Positions 1 to 10,670 of a DNA stretch of 64,000 nt are shown piece after piece. This DNA comes from Cenarchaeum sp. (GTDB lineage: Archaea; Thermoproteota; Nitrososphaeria; Nitrososphaerales; Nitrosopumilaceae): assembly GCA_965242695.1 (NCBI GenBank), contig CBDESU010000001.1:1664001-1728000 (forward strand), given 5' to 3'. The position numbers and the translations under genes were made by a program. Each line of letters opens with the position of its first letter. Position 1 is the first letter of the stretch. The notes beneath the pieces were generated by a model. It had not been told where the DNA came from and ran no database searches. It worked only from the letters and a program-made list of their open reading frames with translations.

Positions 1-546
1 TCCACTAAACGCGACCTGTTTGGAAAAATGGCAGGCCATGTAGCACACCCCGACGTTTCAATGATTGATGTGATCGTCGACAAGGCAAGATACCCCGCAC
101 AGAAGAAAGACCACATCATCCGTATGGCATGGTCTGCTCTTTTCGACCGGTTTGACTACTTCCTAAGTGAGCGCCCCAACGGGCCCGAGTGGGGAGTGAT
201 GATAGGGGATAAAAACGATGCCGGCACCCGGTCCATCATAGCAGACGCCGTTAGAAAAAGGTCGGAGAAGTGCCTCGACCGGCACCCCCTACGCATGGGC
301 CTGGTTGACGATGTCCGCTTCAGGAGTTCGCACGATGACGAAGGCCTCCAGATGGCAGACGGGGCGGCATTCATGATCCACAGGTTCCTGCGCGGTGATG
401 ACACGTTCAAGGCGCAGTGTGACAGGATGCGATCAAGACGCATACACAGGTACGGCCAGCGCCAAGAGTGGCCAGAGAGGCGCCACCTTGCAAGTAGATA
501 CGCGGAGGTGACGCAGCCCACTAGTGCGGGCTTACGCCACCCCTAA
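1..546 (+). CDS. DUF3800 family protein (5' truncated by window edge)
   Basis: Frame is open from base 1. C-terminal motif FRSSHDDEGLQMAD matches the S-x-x-x-x-LQxAD signature of DUF3800. Confidence 0.75.
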   Translation, partial: STKRDLFGKMAGHVAHPDVSMIDVIVDKARYPAQKKDHIIRMAWSALFDRFDYFLSERPNGPEWGVMIGDKNDAGTRSIIADAVRKRSEKCLDRHPLRMGLVDDVRFRSSHDDEGLQMADGAAFMIHRFLRGDDTFKAQCDRMRSRRIHRYGQRQEWPERRHLASRYAEVTQPTSAGLRHP

Positions 547-771
547 GAACTGCCCTTTGACAGCTCCTACCGGCAACCCCCACCGGCACTATAAAAGCCT
601 TTTTCCCCTGCCCGCCTTTAAATAGTCACAAGGGGCCATGGGCTAGTCGCCACAGCGGCCCACAGTAAGCAGGCCGCCGCCGAGCCGGCCTGCGGCACTA
701 CACCTCGCCCGCCACCAGCCGCCTGCCTCGCCCGGATTCGCCCTTAAATACGGCGCAGGCGTGTCCGCCCC

Positions 772-2022
772 ATGCATTCCGCCCGCCCGCGCCCAAAGCA
801 CGCGCCCGCGGCCCCAGGCCGCCGGGCCGTCTTCGCCCTAGCAACGCTGGCCGCGGCAGCGGCGCTGGCCGCGTCCGCCGCGGCGGATCCCCCCGAGGCC
901 CACGCGACGCCGGCGTGCACCGCGATCGACGCCGAAAAGGTCTGGCGCGCGTACGACGACATCTACACGGGAAGGGTGGCATCTGTCGAGCGCGCGCAGG
1001 GCCCCGCGGACAAGGAGAGTGCGCGGGTCCACTTCGAGCTGGCCCGCACCCTCAAGGGGAGCCCCGAGCAGGCCGGCTGGCACGTCGACATGCCGGCGCG
1101 GACGGAGTGCGCCGGCGGCTTTTGCGCAGGGGGCGCAGACCGGTACCCGCCCGGAACAGAGGTGCTCCAGCTCGGCGGCTTCAACGGGATGTACGCGCCG
1201 GCATCGGGGGCGTGCGGGGTCGGCAGCCCCGATGCGGGCACGAGGATCGGCGTGCCCGGCATGGTGTTTTCCTACTACAGGTCGCTCTACGGGTTCTCCC
1301 CGCCGCGCGACGAGCCGTGCGGCGATCCGGCCCACATCCTGGTCGTCAGGGAGCGGGGCGGCGGCAGGGCGGACGGGGCCGCCTGCGTCCGGCCATCGAC
1401 CGCCGACCGCCTAGGCTGGGAGCCGTTCGACAGGGAGGAGTGGGGCAGGTCGCATGCCCCGCCCGCGCCCGAGTACGACCTCCCCATAGTGCGCACCGCC
1501 AGGTCGGAGGGGCCTGGCGGCGCGGACTTTGCACTCTCCGCCTCGCGCCTTCCCGCTGCCGGCGAGACGGCCGTGGTGACGGCGGCGTACGCCGGCGGGA
1601 TCGAGGGGGGCCCCGGCCGCGGCGCCCCGTACGCGGCAAGCCTGTACCTCTCGCCGAACCTAGAGTTTGTCGGGCTCGACGGGGCCGTCCCGCGCCGGTC
1701 GCACTATCCCGACGGGCAGGGCTCGCTGTACGCGTTCGAGGTGCCCCCCGACGCCAGCGGCGCCCCGCACTCGCTCTCGGCCACCGTGCGGGCCGTCTCC
1801 GAGGGGTACGCCGAGATCGTGTACGCCGGCGATCGCCACAGTGTAGTGATCGAGATGCACGTCGGCCGCGAGGCGGGCCTGCTAGTCGACGACTACCACC
1901 GCGCATCGGCGCCCCTGCCTGACATGTCGGCCTTTCGCGACGGCTGGGGCAAGGGCGCCGGCCTCGGCCTCGGCCTCGGCCTCGGCGGCCCCGCCGGCGC
2001 GCTCCTGCCGTTCGCAAAGTGA
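772..2022 (+). CDS. Secreted hypothetical protein with TIMP/NTR-like N-terminus and thaumarchaeal C..ACVxPxT..GW motif
   Basis: Hydrophobic Ala-rich signal peptide; ACTAID..IYTGRV segment; ACVRPSTADRLGW; TTAAATA box at ~744-750. Confidence 0.7.
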   Translation: MHSARPRPKHAPAAPGRRAVFALATLAAAAALAASAAADPPEAHATPACTAIDAEKVWRAYDDIYTGRVASVERAQGPADKESARVHFELARTLKGSPEQAGWHVDMPARTECAGGFCAGGADRYPPGTEVLQLGGFNGMYAPASGACGVGSPDAGTRIGVPGMVFSYYRSLYGFSPPRDEPCGDPAHILVVRERGGGRADGAACVRPSTADRLGWEPFDREEWGRSHAPPAPEYDLPIVRTARSEGPGGADFALSASRLPAAGETAVVTAAYAGGIEGGPGRGAPYAASLYLSPNLEFVGLDGAVPRRSHYPDGQGSLYAFEVPPDASGAPHSLSATVRAVSEGYAEIVYAGDRHSVVIEMHVGREAGLLVDDYHRASAPLPDMSAFRDGWGKGAGLGLGLGLGGPAGALLPFAK

Positions 2023-2081
2023 CCGGCCGCCCGCGGGCGCGAAAAACTACACATAAATCAAAGCCGTGCGCGGCGGCGCCC

Positions 2082-3224
2082 GTGAGGGTTACCGTATCGG
2101 TGATCAAGGCCGACGTGGGCGGCATCGGCGGCCACACGCGGCCGAGCGACGGGCTGCTCGATGCGGTGCGCAGGCGCGTCGACGGGGCCCTCGGCGGGCT
2201 GCTCATAGACCGGTACATCGGATACTGCGGCGACGACGTCCACATCGTCATGTCGCACACGAGGGGCGCCGACAGCGAAGAGGTGCACCGCCTTGCATGG
2301 GACGCCTTCATGGACGGCACTGCCGTGGCCCGCGAAGAGGGGCTGTACGGCGCCGGCCAGGACCTCCTAAAGGACTCCTTCTCGGGCAACGTAAAGGGCA
2401 TGGGCCCCGGCGTGGCCGAGCTAGAGTTCGACGAGCGCCCCAACGAGGCGTTCACCGTGTTCGCCGCCGACAAGACCGAGCCGGGCGCGTTCAACTACCC
2501 GCTGTACCGCATGTTCGTGGACGCCTCTAGCAACACGGGCCTCATCGTCAACAAGTCGCTCGCCGAGGGCGTCGTCGTAGAGGTCATGGACGTGCAGGAG
2601 GGCGCGACCGCCGTCCTGTCGCTGTGGGAGGACAAGCCGACGCTCGAGGCGGCCCTCATGTACCCCGGCCGCTACGTCGTCTCGTCGGTCAAGACAAAGG
2701 GGGGCGAGCCGATCGTGGCCGCATCCACCGACCGCCTTCACAACATCGCCGGCACGTACGTCGGCAAGGACGACCCCGTCTGCGTCGTCCGCACGCAGAA
2801 AAAGTTCCCCGCCACCGAGGAGGCCGGCAGCGCGTTCGACAACCCCCACTACGTGGCCGGAAACACGCGCGGCAGCCACCACATGCCGCTCATGCCGGTG
2901 CGCCTAAACTCGGCGGCGACGACGAACTTTTGCATACCCATCGTCGAGTCGCTTGTGTTCAGCATGCGCGGCGGCAGGCTCACCGGCCCGTTCGACGGGT
3001 TTTCGACTCCCGACTGGGACCACATACGGTCGATCGCCACGAGGAGGGCCCTGGCCATGAGGCGGCAGGGCTTTGTGCACCCGGCGACCCTGGTTCCCGA
3101 CGAGCTAGAGTACGCCGAGGGGTACAAGGCGCGCATGAACGTGCTGCGCTCGAAGATGAGGCCGATCGAGGAGTCCGGCGGCGGCGATGCGGGGCGCCGC
3201 GCGCCGTACGAGGATCCGGACTAG
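2082..3224 (+). CDS. fbp: Fructose-1,6-bisphosphate aldolase/phosphatase (class V)
   Basis: SVIKADVGGIGGH, GLYGAGQDLL, ADKTEPGAFN, GKDDP, RGSH motifs. GTG start at 2082 after an ATAAAT box. Confidence 0.96.
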   Translation: MRVTVSVIKADVGGIGGHTRPSDGLLDAVRRRVDGALGGLLIDRYIGYCGDDVHIVMSHTRGADSEEVHRLAWDAFMDGTAVAREEGLYGAGQDLLKDSFSGNVKGMGPGVAELEFDERPNEAFTVFAADKTEPGAFNYPLYRMFVDASSNTGLIVNKSLAEGVVVEVMDVQEGATAVLSLWEDKPTLEAALMYPGRYVVSSVKTKGGEPIVAASTDRLHNIAGTYVGKDDPVCVVRTQKKFPATEEAGSAFDNPHYVAGNTRGSHHMPLMPVRLNSAATTNFCIPIVESLVFSMRGGRLTGPFDGFSTPDWDHIRSIATRRALAMRRQGFVHPATLVPDELEYAEGYKARMNVLRSKMRPIEESGGGDAGRRAPYEDPD

Positions 3225-3843
3225 TCGGGCCCTGTCGAGTGCGACGCCGGCAAGCAACGGCCAGGCAGGCTGCCGCGCCAGCCCGAAATGCACAGGCTCC
3301 CACTGCGGCACGGATCACGGCGCATGCGGCAACTTTCGGGGCTGCCTGTACGCGGTGCCTAGGCTTTTGGCTTCCCGCCGCCCGCCACATTTGGACATGC
3401 CGATACGCTTGGCATTTCGCCCCGTGCGCCTTACGGATCCCATACGCCTGCCCGCCCGGGCCGCATGGCCTCTTCGCGCCCTGCAAGCATCCTCACTAGG
3501 TCGGCATCCGCAAGAATCCCCTAGCCTCCGCCTCGCTCCGCGCAAGGGAGCGTCCATCGCGCCCCGCGGGCCTCGACTCGGCCGCCATCGCATGCCGCGC
3601 CCGCTCCGCCATTTGGAATGTTGTCGGGCCGAGCGTCCGGCGCACGGAGCCCCGCAGGGTCCGTAGCCGGAGCGCGTCGCTGTCGCTCTAGGCGGCAGGG
3701 CCGGCGCACGGCGCCCCGCAGTGGCATCATGTAGACATGGTCAAGTCCCAAACGCGATCGGCCATCCGCGCCATGCGCCTCGGGCAGACCCAAGGCTTCG
3801 CCTCTCCAGAGCGTACCGCCCAGCCGCCACGCAAGGCGTTATT

Positions 3844-5901
3844 ATGGCCCGCGCCAAGGCGGAAGTCGTGAGGCTGCTCAGCGCGCGCGTCCAAAACTAC
3901 AGGTCGATCGTAGACAGCGGCGAGGTGGCGTTCGATCCCGAGATCACGTGCATCGTGGGCAAGACGGGGAGCGGAAAGACCTCGTTTCTGAGGATGCTCG
4001 AGGGGGCGTCGCGCAGCGTCTGGTTCGAGGAGCGGGAGCTGCCCCGCTCGTCGGACGTCCTGCAGGACCTCCGCGACGGCAGAAGGAAGGCAGGCGAGAT
4101 CGTCCAGCTGGCCGCCGCCTTCGAGGTCGAGGATGCGGACCGGCCCCGCCTTCCAGAAGAGTACAAGGGCATCAAGGGCGTTTCAATAGCCAGGGCTTTT
4201 GACGGAAAGATCTCCATCTGCGCCGACGGAATGCCCCTAGAACGGCCACCCGCTGTATGTAAAACAGGGCGCCTGCCAGGAATGCTCAGGGTGCTCAACA
4301 AGGAGGTGGCGGCCGCAATCAGCGAGGTGGGCATCACCAATCCCAATGAAGCGGCCGAGTATGCAGAAGGCCTGAGAGAGACGATGTGCGAGCTTGAGGC
4401 GTCCGACATACGCAACAAACAGGAATTCGGGATCTTGATCTCGTCCCTACGCAACGCTGTTTACAGTGTGCCGCTCGGCAGAGAGGCCCGCACCGCGATC
4501 GATCAAACACTACGATCCATGGCGTGCCTAGCGGAGGAAGCCGACAGAGAGGTGAAAAATCATCCCGTTGAACGACTCTACAGTGAAATTCCCAAACCGC
4601 TGTACATGGAAGACGTATTCGAGCTAGACGACAAGATCTCGATCAATACGTTCACGTCAGACGCTGACGCATCTAGGACGTTTCGATGCATATCGGCCAT
4701 CTGCGGGCTTGCGCCGGGCGGCGTGCAAAGGGTGCGCAATGCCGACCCGTCCGAGCGCGCGGCATACCTCAAGGCGATGTCGGACAGGCTCAGCGATCGC
4801 CTCAACAGCCTTTGGAGCCAGGAGGTATACAGGTTCGAGCTGGCGGTCGACAGCGGAATGCTCCAATTGTGCGTATCCGACAAGACCACGGGCGCGACCA
4901 CCCTAGCCTCTGAGCGGAGCGAGGGATTCAAGTGGTGGGTGGCGTTCTTCTTGGAGGTGTCGGCGCTCCTGGCAGGGGGGAGCGGCAGGCGCGTCCTTCT
5001 GCTCGACAACCCCGCAACGGGGCTTCATGACGAGGGCAAGGGCGACGTTCTGCGGTTCGTCAGGACGGCCGCCGAGTCTGGGCGCCTTCAGATAGTCTAC
5101 TCGACGCACGAGCGGGCCCTGATCGATCCCTGGAGGACTGACCGCGTAAGGATCGTCGAGCTGGGCAAAGGTGGAACAAGGATAGCGACTGTCCCGGCAA
5201 AGTCCGACGGAGTGCAGCTCGAGCCGATCATGGGGAACATAGGCTCGCCTGCGCGATACTCGCTGTTCGGTGCGCCCCGCATGGTATGCTTCGAGTGGCC
5301 GAGCGACACGTACATCGTTTCGGCAGTCAACGAGTACATGCTGCAGGGGGGCGCACGGCCGGCTCTCGACAGGGGCACGTACTCGATCAACTCCATCGGC
5401 GGGATAGATGCGGCCCCGCATGCCTGCCGCCTGTACGGCGACCTGGGAATCGAGTTCATACTAGTCGTCGACAGCGGTACCGAGACCGAGCGTATGAAGA
5501 AGAGGCTGGGCGACGACCACGATGCTGAAGAGCGCATCGTGGAGCTCCGGCAGGTGCTAGGCAGGGATGCCGACATGGAGGACATGGTGGACCGCGGGCT
5601 CTACTACGAGGCGTTCAGGCTGGCGTACAGAGCCATACTGGCAGAAAATCTGCCACCGGTGGACGAGATCGATGGCAACCCTAGCCGAAAACGGGCCAAC
5701 AACTATGCAGAGTGGTTCAAGAAAAACAGCAAAGGGGAGTTCAAGAAGACGCTCGTTGCCCAGCAGATGTTCTCGGTGGTGATGGAGCGCGGCGGCGGCA
5801 CAGGGGCGCAGAAATCTGCGGCGCTCGACAAGACGGCGAAGAACTTTGCAGGGCTGTTTGGGATCGTAGCGGGCAGGTGCGGCGCGGATACAGGGCGGTG
5901 A
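3844..5901 (+). CDS. OLD-family ABC-ATPase/TOPRIM protein (ATP-dependent nuclease-like)
   Basis: VQNYRSI, Walker A GKTGSGKT, signature ERSEGFKWW, Walker B LLLDNP, H-loop STH, TOPRIM-like FEWPSD and VVDSG. Confidence 0.8.
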   Translation: MARAKAEVVRLLSARVQNYRSIVDSGEVAFDPEITCIVGKTGSGKTSFLRMLEGASRSVWFEERELPRSSDVLQDLRDGRRKAGEIVQLAAAFEVEDADRPRLPEEYKGIKGVSIARAFDGKISICADGMPLERPPAVCKTGRLPGMLRVLNKEVAAAISEVGITNPNEAAEYAEGLRETMCELEASDIRNKQEFGILISSLRNAVYSVPLGREARTAIDQTLRSMACLAEEADREVKNHPVERLYSEIPKPLYMEDVFELDDKISINTFTSDADASRTFRCISAICGLAPGGVQRVRNADPSERAAYLKAMSDRLSDRLNSLWSQEVYRFELAVDSGMLQLCVSDKTTGATTLASERSEGFKWWVAFFLEVSALLAGGSGRRVLLLDNPATGLHDEGKGDVLRFVRTAAESGRLQIVYSTHERALIDPWRTDRVRIVELGKGGTRIATVPAKSDGVQLEPIMGNIGSPARYSLFGAPRMVCFEWPSDTYIVSAVNEYMLQGGARPALDRGTYSINSIGGIDAAPHACRLYGDLGIEFILVVDSGTETERMKKRLGDDHDAEERIVELRQVLGRDADMEDMVDRGLYYEAFRLAYRAILAENLPPVDEIDGNPSRKRANNYAEWFKKNSKGEFKKTLVAQQMFSVVMERGGGTGAQKSAALDKTAKNFAGLFGIVAGRCGADTGR

Positions 5902-6251
5902 AAGGGCACCGGCAGGGCGGGCAAATGCCCTGCCGCGCGGGCGCAGGGCGCAACATGCCCCGAACATCCAGCCCCGCCCCATCCCTAGCGCGCCCAAGGC
6001 CGCCACGTGACAACGGCCCACAGACGATCGGAGACGGGCGGTGCGGCTCGCCAGGCCCCCCCCCCCCACCCCAGCGCCCGACACCCACTCCCTCCAGCTC
6101 GATCGGCGCGCCCGCCCCCGGAAATGGCCCCGCCGAGGAGTGGCCGAGCCAGCACTCCCGGCGCGCCGCGCCGCGCGCGCATCCGCCGCCGCCAGGGGCG
6201 GGGCCGCCGGCAAACCTTAAATCAACACGCCTGCCGCCCCTGCCCGTAGCC

Positions 6252-6671
6252 ATGGCTCGCAGCAGGGCGTTCGAGGCAAAGACGTACATCATGACGTACC
6301 TTGCGACGGCGCTCGCGGTCGCCACATTCTCCCACTTCGTGGCCGGCCTGTTCGGGCAGACCATACCTAGCGTCGTCGCCGCGTTCTTCAAGGATGCAAG
6401 CGGCGCGTTCATCCTTGCCGTCGTCTTCGTCTTTGCCTTTGCGTGGCTGCTAAAGGCCAGGCCGCACAACCGCCCGTCGAGCTACTCGATCGTCGTCTTC
6501 GACGTCTACGGGCGCGAGACGGCCATCGACGGGATGCGCACCGAGTTCGGCACGCACGACGTGGCGTGGAGCTTTATGAGGCAGTACAAGGGATCGTACC
6601 CGCTGCACAACTTTGCCCTCGTCGCCGACGCGCCGCGCTCGGCAAAGAGGACGATATTCCGCTACCTGTGA
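6252..6671 (+). CDS. Membrane protein, hypothetical
   Basis: Two hydrophobic segments, host-like codon usage, CTTAAAT box at ~6216. Confidence 0.75.
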   Translation: MARSRAFEAKTYIMTYLATALAVATFSHFVAGLFGQTIPSVVAAFFKDASGAFILAVVFVFAFAWLLKARPHNRPSSYSIVVFDVYGRETAIDGMRTEFGTHDVAWSFMRQYKGSYPLHNFALVADAPRSAKRTIFRYL

Positions 6672-6766
6672 CTGGCGCGCGCCACCCGCCGCACTTTGCA
6701 TCCGCCCGGACAGGGGCGGCCGCGCGCCGCCGTGACTTTTATTCGGGGCGCGGCGCGGCGGCGGCA

Positions 6767-8560
6767 GTGGACTTTTCGGTTCTGTCGGGGTCGTTCGAGA
6801 GGATGGAGTCGACGTCCAAGAGGCTCGAGCTGACCGACATCGTAGTCGGCCTCCTAAAGGCGACGCCGCCGGACATCGTCGCCCGCATCGTGTACATGAT
6901 GCAGGGCAAGGTGCGCCCCGACTTTGAGGGCGTCGAGCTCGGCGTGGCCGACCGCATGGCTGTGAGGGCGATCTCAAAGTCGGCCGGCATCGCCGCCGCC
7001 AGGATAGAGGAGGCCTACAAGCGAGACGGAGACCTCGGCGTGGCCGCCGCCTCGGTGCTCGGGCAAAAGGCGCAGACGACGTTCTTTGCCGAGGACATTA
7101 CCGTAGAGCGCGTCTACGACACGCTCCTCCGCATAGCCGGCGCCGAGGGGCAGCGCTCGCAGGACATGAAGGCAAAGTACATCTCCAGCCTGCTCAACGA
7201 CGCATCGCCCCAGGAGGCGTGCTACATACTAAAGCTGCTCCTCGGCACGCTGCGCCTGGGCATAGCCGAGAATACGGTCCTTGACGCGCTCGCCGTCGCA
7301 TACACGGGCTCCAAGGAGAACAGGGAGGCGCTCGAGCGCGCCTACAACGTCTCGAGCGACCTCGGGGCCGTCGCCGAGGCCGTCGCCCGCGGGGGCCTTG
7401 CCGCCGCGGGGGCCTTTGCCGTCGCGGTGTTCAGCCCCGTCCGGCCCATGCTCGCCGACAGGGTGAGGAGCGAGGCCGAGTCGATCGAGCGGCTCGGCCC
7501 CGGCGGCTTTGCCGCCGAGCACAAGCTCGACGGCGAGCGCGTGCAGGTGCACGTGGACGGCGGCAGGGTCGTCCTGTTCTCGCGGCGCCTGGAGAGGATC
7601 ACGGGGTACTATCCTGATATAGTCGAGCGGCTGCCCGGCGCGCTCGACATACCAGACGGGGGCGCCATCATGGAGGGCGAGGCCGTCGCCGTCAACGCCG
7701 ACACGGGCGAGTTCCTGCCCTTCCAGGAGCTCATGCACCGGCGCCGCAAGTACGGCGTCGACAAGGCCGTCTCCGAGTACCCGATAAGCGTCAACCTGTT
7801 CGACGTGCTGTACTGCGGCGGGAAGAGCTGCCTGGACATGCCGTACTCGGAGAGGCGGGCCCTGCTCGAAAAGATCGTCGTCGGCGAGGGATCCGAAGGG
7901 AAGGCGCACGAGTTTGCAAGGTGCGTCGTGGCCGAGGCCGTCGAGGACGAGGCCGGCGTCGGCGAGGCGCTCGAGAACAGCATAAACGCCGGCTGCGAGG
8001 GGCTCATGCTAAAGGACCTCGCCGCGCCGTACCGCGCCGGCGCGCGCGGCGGCAGCTGGCTCAAGCTCAAGAGGGAGTACCGCAACGAGCTCGGCGACAG
8101 CCTCGACCTCGTCGTGATCGGCGCGTTCTTTGGCAAGGGGCGGCGCACGGGCAGGTACGGCGTGCTGCTGCTCGCCACGTACGACGACGAGGCCGACCGC
8201 TTTGCGAGCATATGCAAGGTCGGCACGGGGTTCAGCGACGAGGACCTCGACCAGCTCTACCAGCTGCTCTCGGGCAGGGTGCTGCGCAAGAGGGACCGGC
8301 GCGCGTACAGCGGGATGGAGGCCGACGTGTGGTTCGCCCCCGAGGTCGTCGTAGAGGTCGTCGCATCCGAGATAACCCTCAGCCCCGTCCACAAGACGGC
8401 CGAGGGGACGGTGCGCAAGGAGGCCGGCCTCGCCCTGCGCTTCCCAAAGTTCACCGGCAGGATACGCTCGGAAAAGGCGGCCGAGGACGCCTCGACCGAC
8501 GCCGAGGTCCTCGCGCTGTACAAGGGGCAGAAAAAGGTCGCGCAGGGATCGGCGGCCTGA
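6767..8560 (+). CDS. lig: ATP-dependent DNA ligase
   Basis: Motif I EHKLDGER, EGLMLK, WLKLK, LRFPKF. GTG start at 6767. Confidence 0.97.
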   Translation: MDFSVLSGSFERMESTSKRLELTDIVVGLLKATPPDIVARIVYMMQGKVRPDFEGVELGVADRMAVRAISKSAGIAAARIEEAYKRDGDLGVAAASVLGQKAQTTFFAEDITVERVYDTLLRIAGAEGQRSQDMKAKYISSLLNDASPQEACYILKLLLGTLRLGIAENTVLDALAVAYTGSKENREALERAYNVSSDLGAVAEAVARGGLAAAGAFAVAVFSPVRPMLADRVRSEAESIERLGPGGFAAEHKLDGERVQVHVDGGRVVLFSRRLERITGYYPDIVERLPGALDIPDGGAIMEGEAVAVNADTGEFLPFQELMHRRRKYGVDKAVSEYPISVNLFDVLYCGGKSCLDMPYSERRALLEKIVVGEGSEGKAHEFARCVVAEAVEDEAGVGEALENSINAGCEGLMLKDLAAPYRAGARGGSWLKLKREYRNELGDSLDLVVIGAFFGKGRRTGRYGVLLLATYDDEADRFASICKVGTGFSDEDLDQLYQLLSGRVLRKRDRRAYSGMEADVWFAPEVVVEVVASEITLSPVHKTAEGTVRKEAGLALRFPKFTGRIRSEKAAEDASTDAEVLALYKGQKKVAQGSAA

Positions 8561-8668
8561 CAGGAGGTGGGAGGGCCGGGCCGCCGAGGGGCGGGCCGGG
8601 GCGGCCCCGGCGCCGCGGCCCGGGCCGCGGCGCACGTGGTTTTTAACAGGGCGCGCCGGCGCCGCGGC

Positions 8669-9163
8669 ATGAAGCCGCTCACAAAGATCATGTACGTCTC
8701 GTCGATCCTCCTCACCTCGGGAATCGCCATGTGGCTGTACGGCGCGCTCGTCGACGTCGACAGCATGGAGAACGCCGTCGAGACGATCGCCTACGGCGAG
8801 CGGCTCAAGGTGCATGCCGCCATCGACCCGCGCGTCGACCCGTACGGAATCTACGTCGTGCGCGTGGACCGCCTGGTCGAGGGAGCCATCAATGCGCACG
8901 TGCTCGATCCCCACGGGGGCAAGGTCGTCGACTTTACGCTCGACACGTACTCTGTGGACAGCAGGTTCAGTCCCGGCACCGCCGGCACCTACACCCTCGT
9001 CGTGATCAACAAGGGCGGGCCGGTCGGCGTGACCGGGGCCATCGGCGGGTCGCACGACGAGTTCCGCATACTGGTAAGCGAGATCGGCTTTGTCATGATG
9101 CTAGTCGGGCTCGGACTGACCTCTACGTGCTCGGCCATCCTGATCAAGAGGCTCCTGTTCTGA
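8669..9163 (+). CDS. Membrane protein with GOLD-like beta domain between two TM helices
   Basis: N- and C-terminal hydrophobic helices, GTYTLVVIN strand, TTTTTAA box at ~8640. Confidence 0.7.
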   Translation: MKPLTKIMYVSSILLTSGIAMWLYGALVDVDSMENAVETIAYGERLKVHAAIDPRVDPYGIYVVRVDRLVEGAINAHVLDPHGGKVVDFTLDTYSVDSRFSPGTAGTYTLVVINKGGPVGVTGAIGGSHDEFRILVSEIGFVMMLVGLGLTSTCSAILIKRLLF

Positions 9164-9221
9164 CCCGGGCGCCGGGGGGCCGGGGCGAATCGTTATACGG
9201 GCGCGGCCGCCGCGGCCGGCC

Positions 9222-10625
9222 GTGCCCCCCGCCGCCGCCGGCCCCCGCCTCGCAGCCGCGGCGGCGGCCGCCGCCGCTGTCGCCCTTGCCGCGGCGGCGA
9301 CGGCGGGCCTGCCGGGAGCGGCGGCGGCCGACGAGGCCGGCGGCCCCGCTGGCTTCGAGGTCGACACGGTCGCCGCCGGCCTCGAGGTGCCGTGGTCCAT
9401 GGACATTGCGCCGGACGGCCGCATCTTCTTCACCGAGCGCGGCGGCAGGGTGTGGATCATCGGCCCCGACGGGTCGATGCCGGGCGAGCCGGCCCTGAGC
9501 ATCGATGCGGGGTTCGTCGAGGGAGGGCTGCTCGGCATAGCGCTCGACCCGTCCTTTCCCGACGAGCCGCACGTGTACGTCTACCACACGTACAGGGAGC
9601 TCTTCTCGGTGCACAACAGGGTCGTCAGGTACACCGAGGACGGCGGCGCGCTGCGCGATCCGTCCGTGCTCATAGACCGGATACCCGGCGGCCCCGTGCA
9701 CGACGGCGGCAGGATCAGGTTCGGGCCCGACGGCATGCTGTACGTGACGACCGGCGATGCCGGAAACGTGCGGCTCTCTCGGGACCTCGGCTCGACGGCC
9801 GGCAAGATACTGCGCATCGCCGCCGACGGCTCCGTCCCCGCCGACAACCCGCACCCCGGGTCGCCCGTGTACTCGTCGGGCCACCGCAACCCGCAGGGAA
9901 TAGACTGGCACCCCGCGACGGGCGCGCTCGTCGCGTCCGAGCACGGCCCCTCGGGGGAGAGGGGGTTCGGGCAGGACGAGATCAACGTGATCGAGCGCGG
10001 CGGCGACTACGGATGGCCCGATGCGGCAGGCGACGAGGCCGCGGAGGGGGCGATCGCGCCGGCGGCCCACAGCGGCAGCGAGACATGGGCCCCGTCGGGC
10101 GCCTCGTTCTACACGTCCGGCGCCATACCCGAGTTCGACGGGCGCCTGCTCGTCGCCGCGCTAGCCGGCAAGCGCCTCCTTGCCGTGTCCTTCGAGGAGG
10201 GGCCCGGCGGCAGGCTCGCCGTGTCCGGCATCGACGTGCACCTTGCCGGCGAGTACGGAAGGCTGCGCGACGTCGTCGACGGCGGGGACGGCAGCGTGTA
10301 CGTCCTGACCAGCAACAGGGACGGGCGCGGCAGTGCGGCCGAGCAGGACGATCGCATACTGCGGCTCGTGCCGGCCGCCGCGGTCCCCGCCGATGCCGCC
10401 AGTGGCGGCGGTGGGGATGCGGAGGGCGACAGGCAGGACTGGGCGGCCGGAGGAGTGGAGGGTGGCCATGCCGGGCAGGCCGGCGGGGCGGCCGGCGCGC
10501 CGCCGGCCCAGTGCGGCCAGGGCCTAGAGCCCGTAGTCAAGCGGTCCGACGGCTCGCAGGCGTGCGTGAGGCCGGCGACGGCGGCCATCCTCGTCGAGCG
10601 TGGATGGGCCGAGGGCCCCCGCTGA
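9222..10625 (+). CDS. PQQ-dependent sugar dehydrogenase (GSDH beta-propeller), secreted
   Basis: LEVPWSM, EGGLLG, HDGGRIRFGPDG, GHRNPQG, DEIN, GRLRDV motifs; signal peptide. Confidence 0.92.
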   Translation: MPPAAAGPRLAAAAAAAAAVALAAAATAGLPGAAAADEAGGPAGFEVDTVAAGLEVPWSMDIAPDGRIFFTERGGRVWIIGPDGSMPGEPALSIDAGFVEGGLLGIALDPSFPDEPHVYVYHTYRELFSVHNRVVRYTEDGGALRDPSVLIDRIPGGPVHDGGRIRFGPDGMLYVTTGDAGNVRLSRDLGSTAGKILRIAADGSVPADNPHPGSPVYSSGHRNPQGIDWHPATGALVASEHGPSGERGFGQDEINVIERGGDYGWPDAAGDEAAEGAIAPAAHSGSETWAPSGASFYTSGAIPEFDGRLLVAALAGKRLLAVSFEEGPGGRLAVSGIDVHLAGEYGRLRDVVDGGDGSVYVLTSNRDGRGSAAEQDDRILRLVPAAAVPADAASGGGGDAEGDRQDWAAGGVEGGHAGQAGGAAGAPPAQCGQGLEPVVKRSDGSQACVRPATAAILVERGWAEGPR

Positions 10626-10670
10626 GCTGGCCCGCCAATCTTTATTTTGGGGCCGTGCGGCGGCGCGCCG

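Noticed and set aside
1960-1986. (GGCCTC)n hexamer run
   Set aside because: Short, in-frame Gly-Leu microsatellite with no sign of a switch function.
3225-3843. Overlapping ORFs between fbp and the OLD-like gene, and the 3721 start
   Set aside because: Low-complexity shadow translations. ATG 3844 fits the family N-terminus better.
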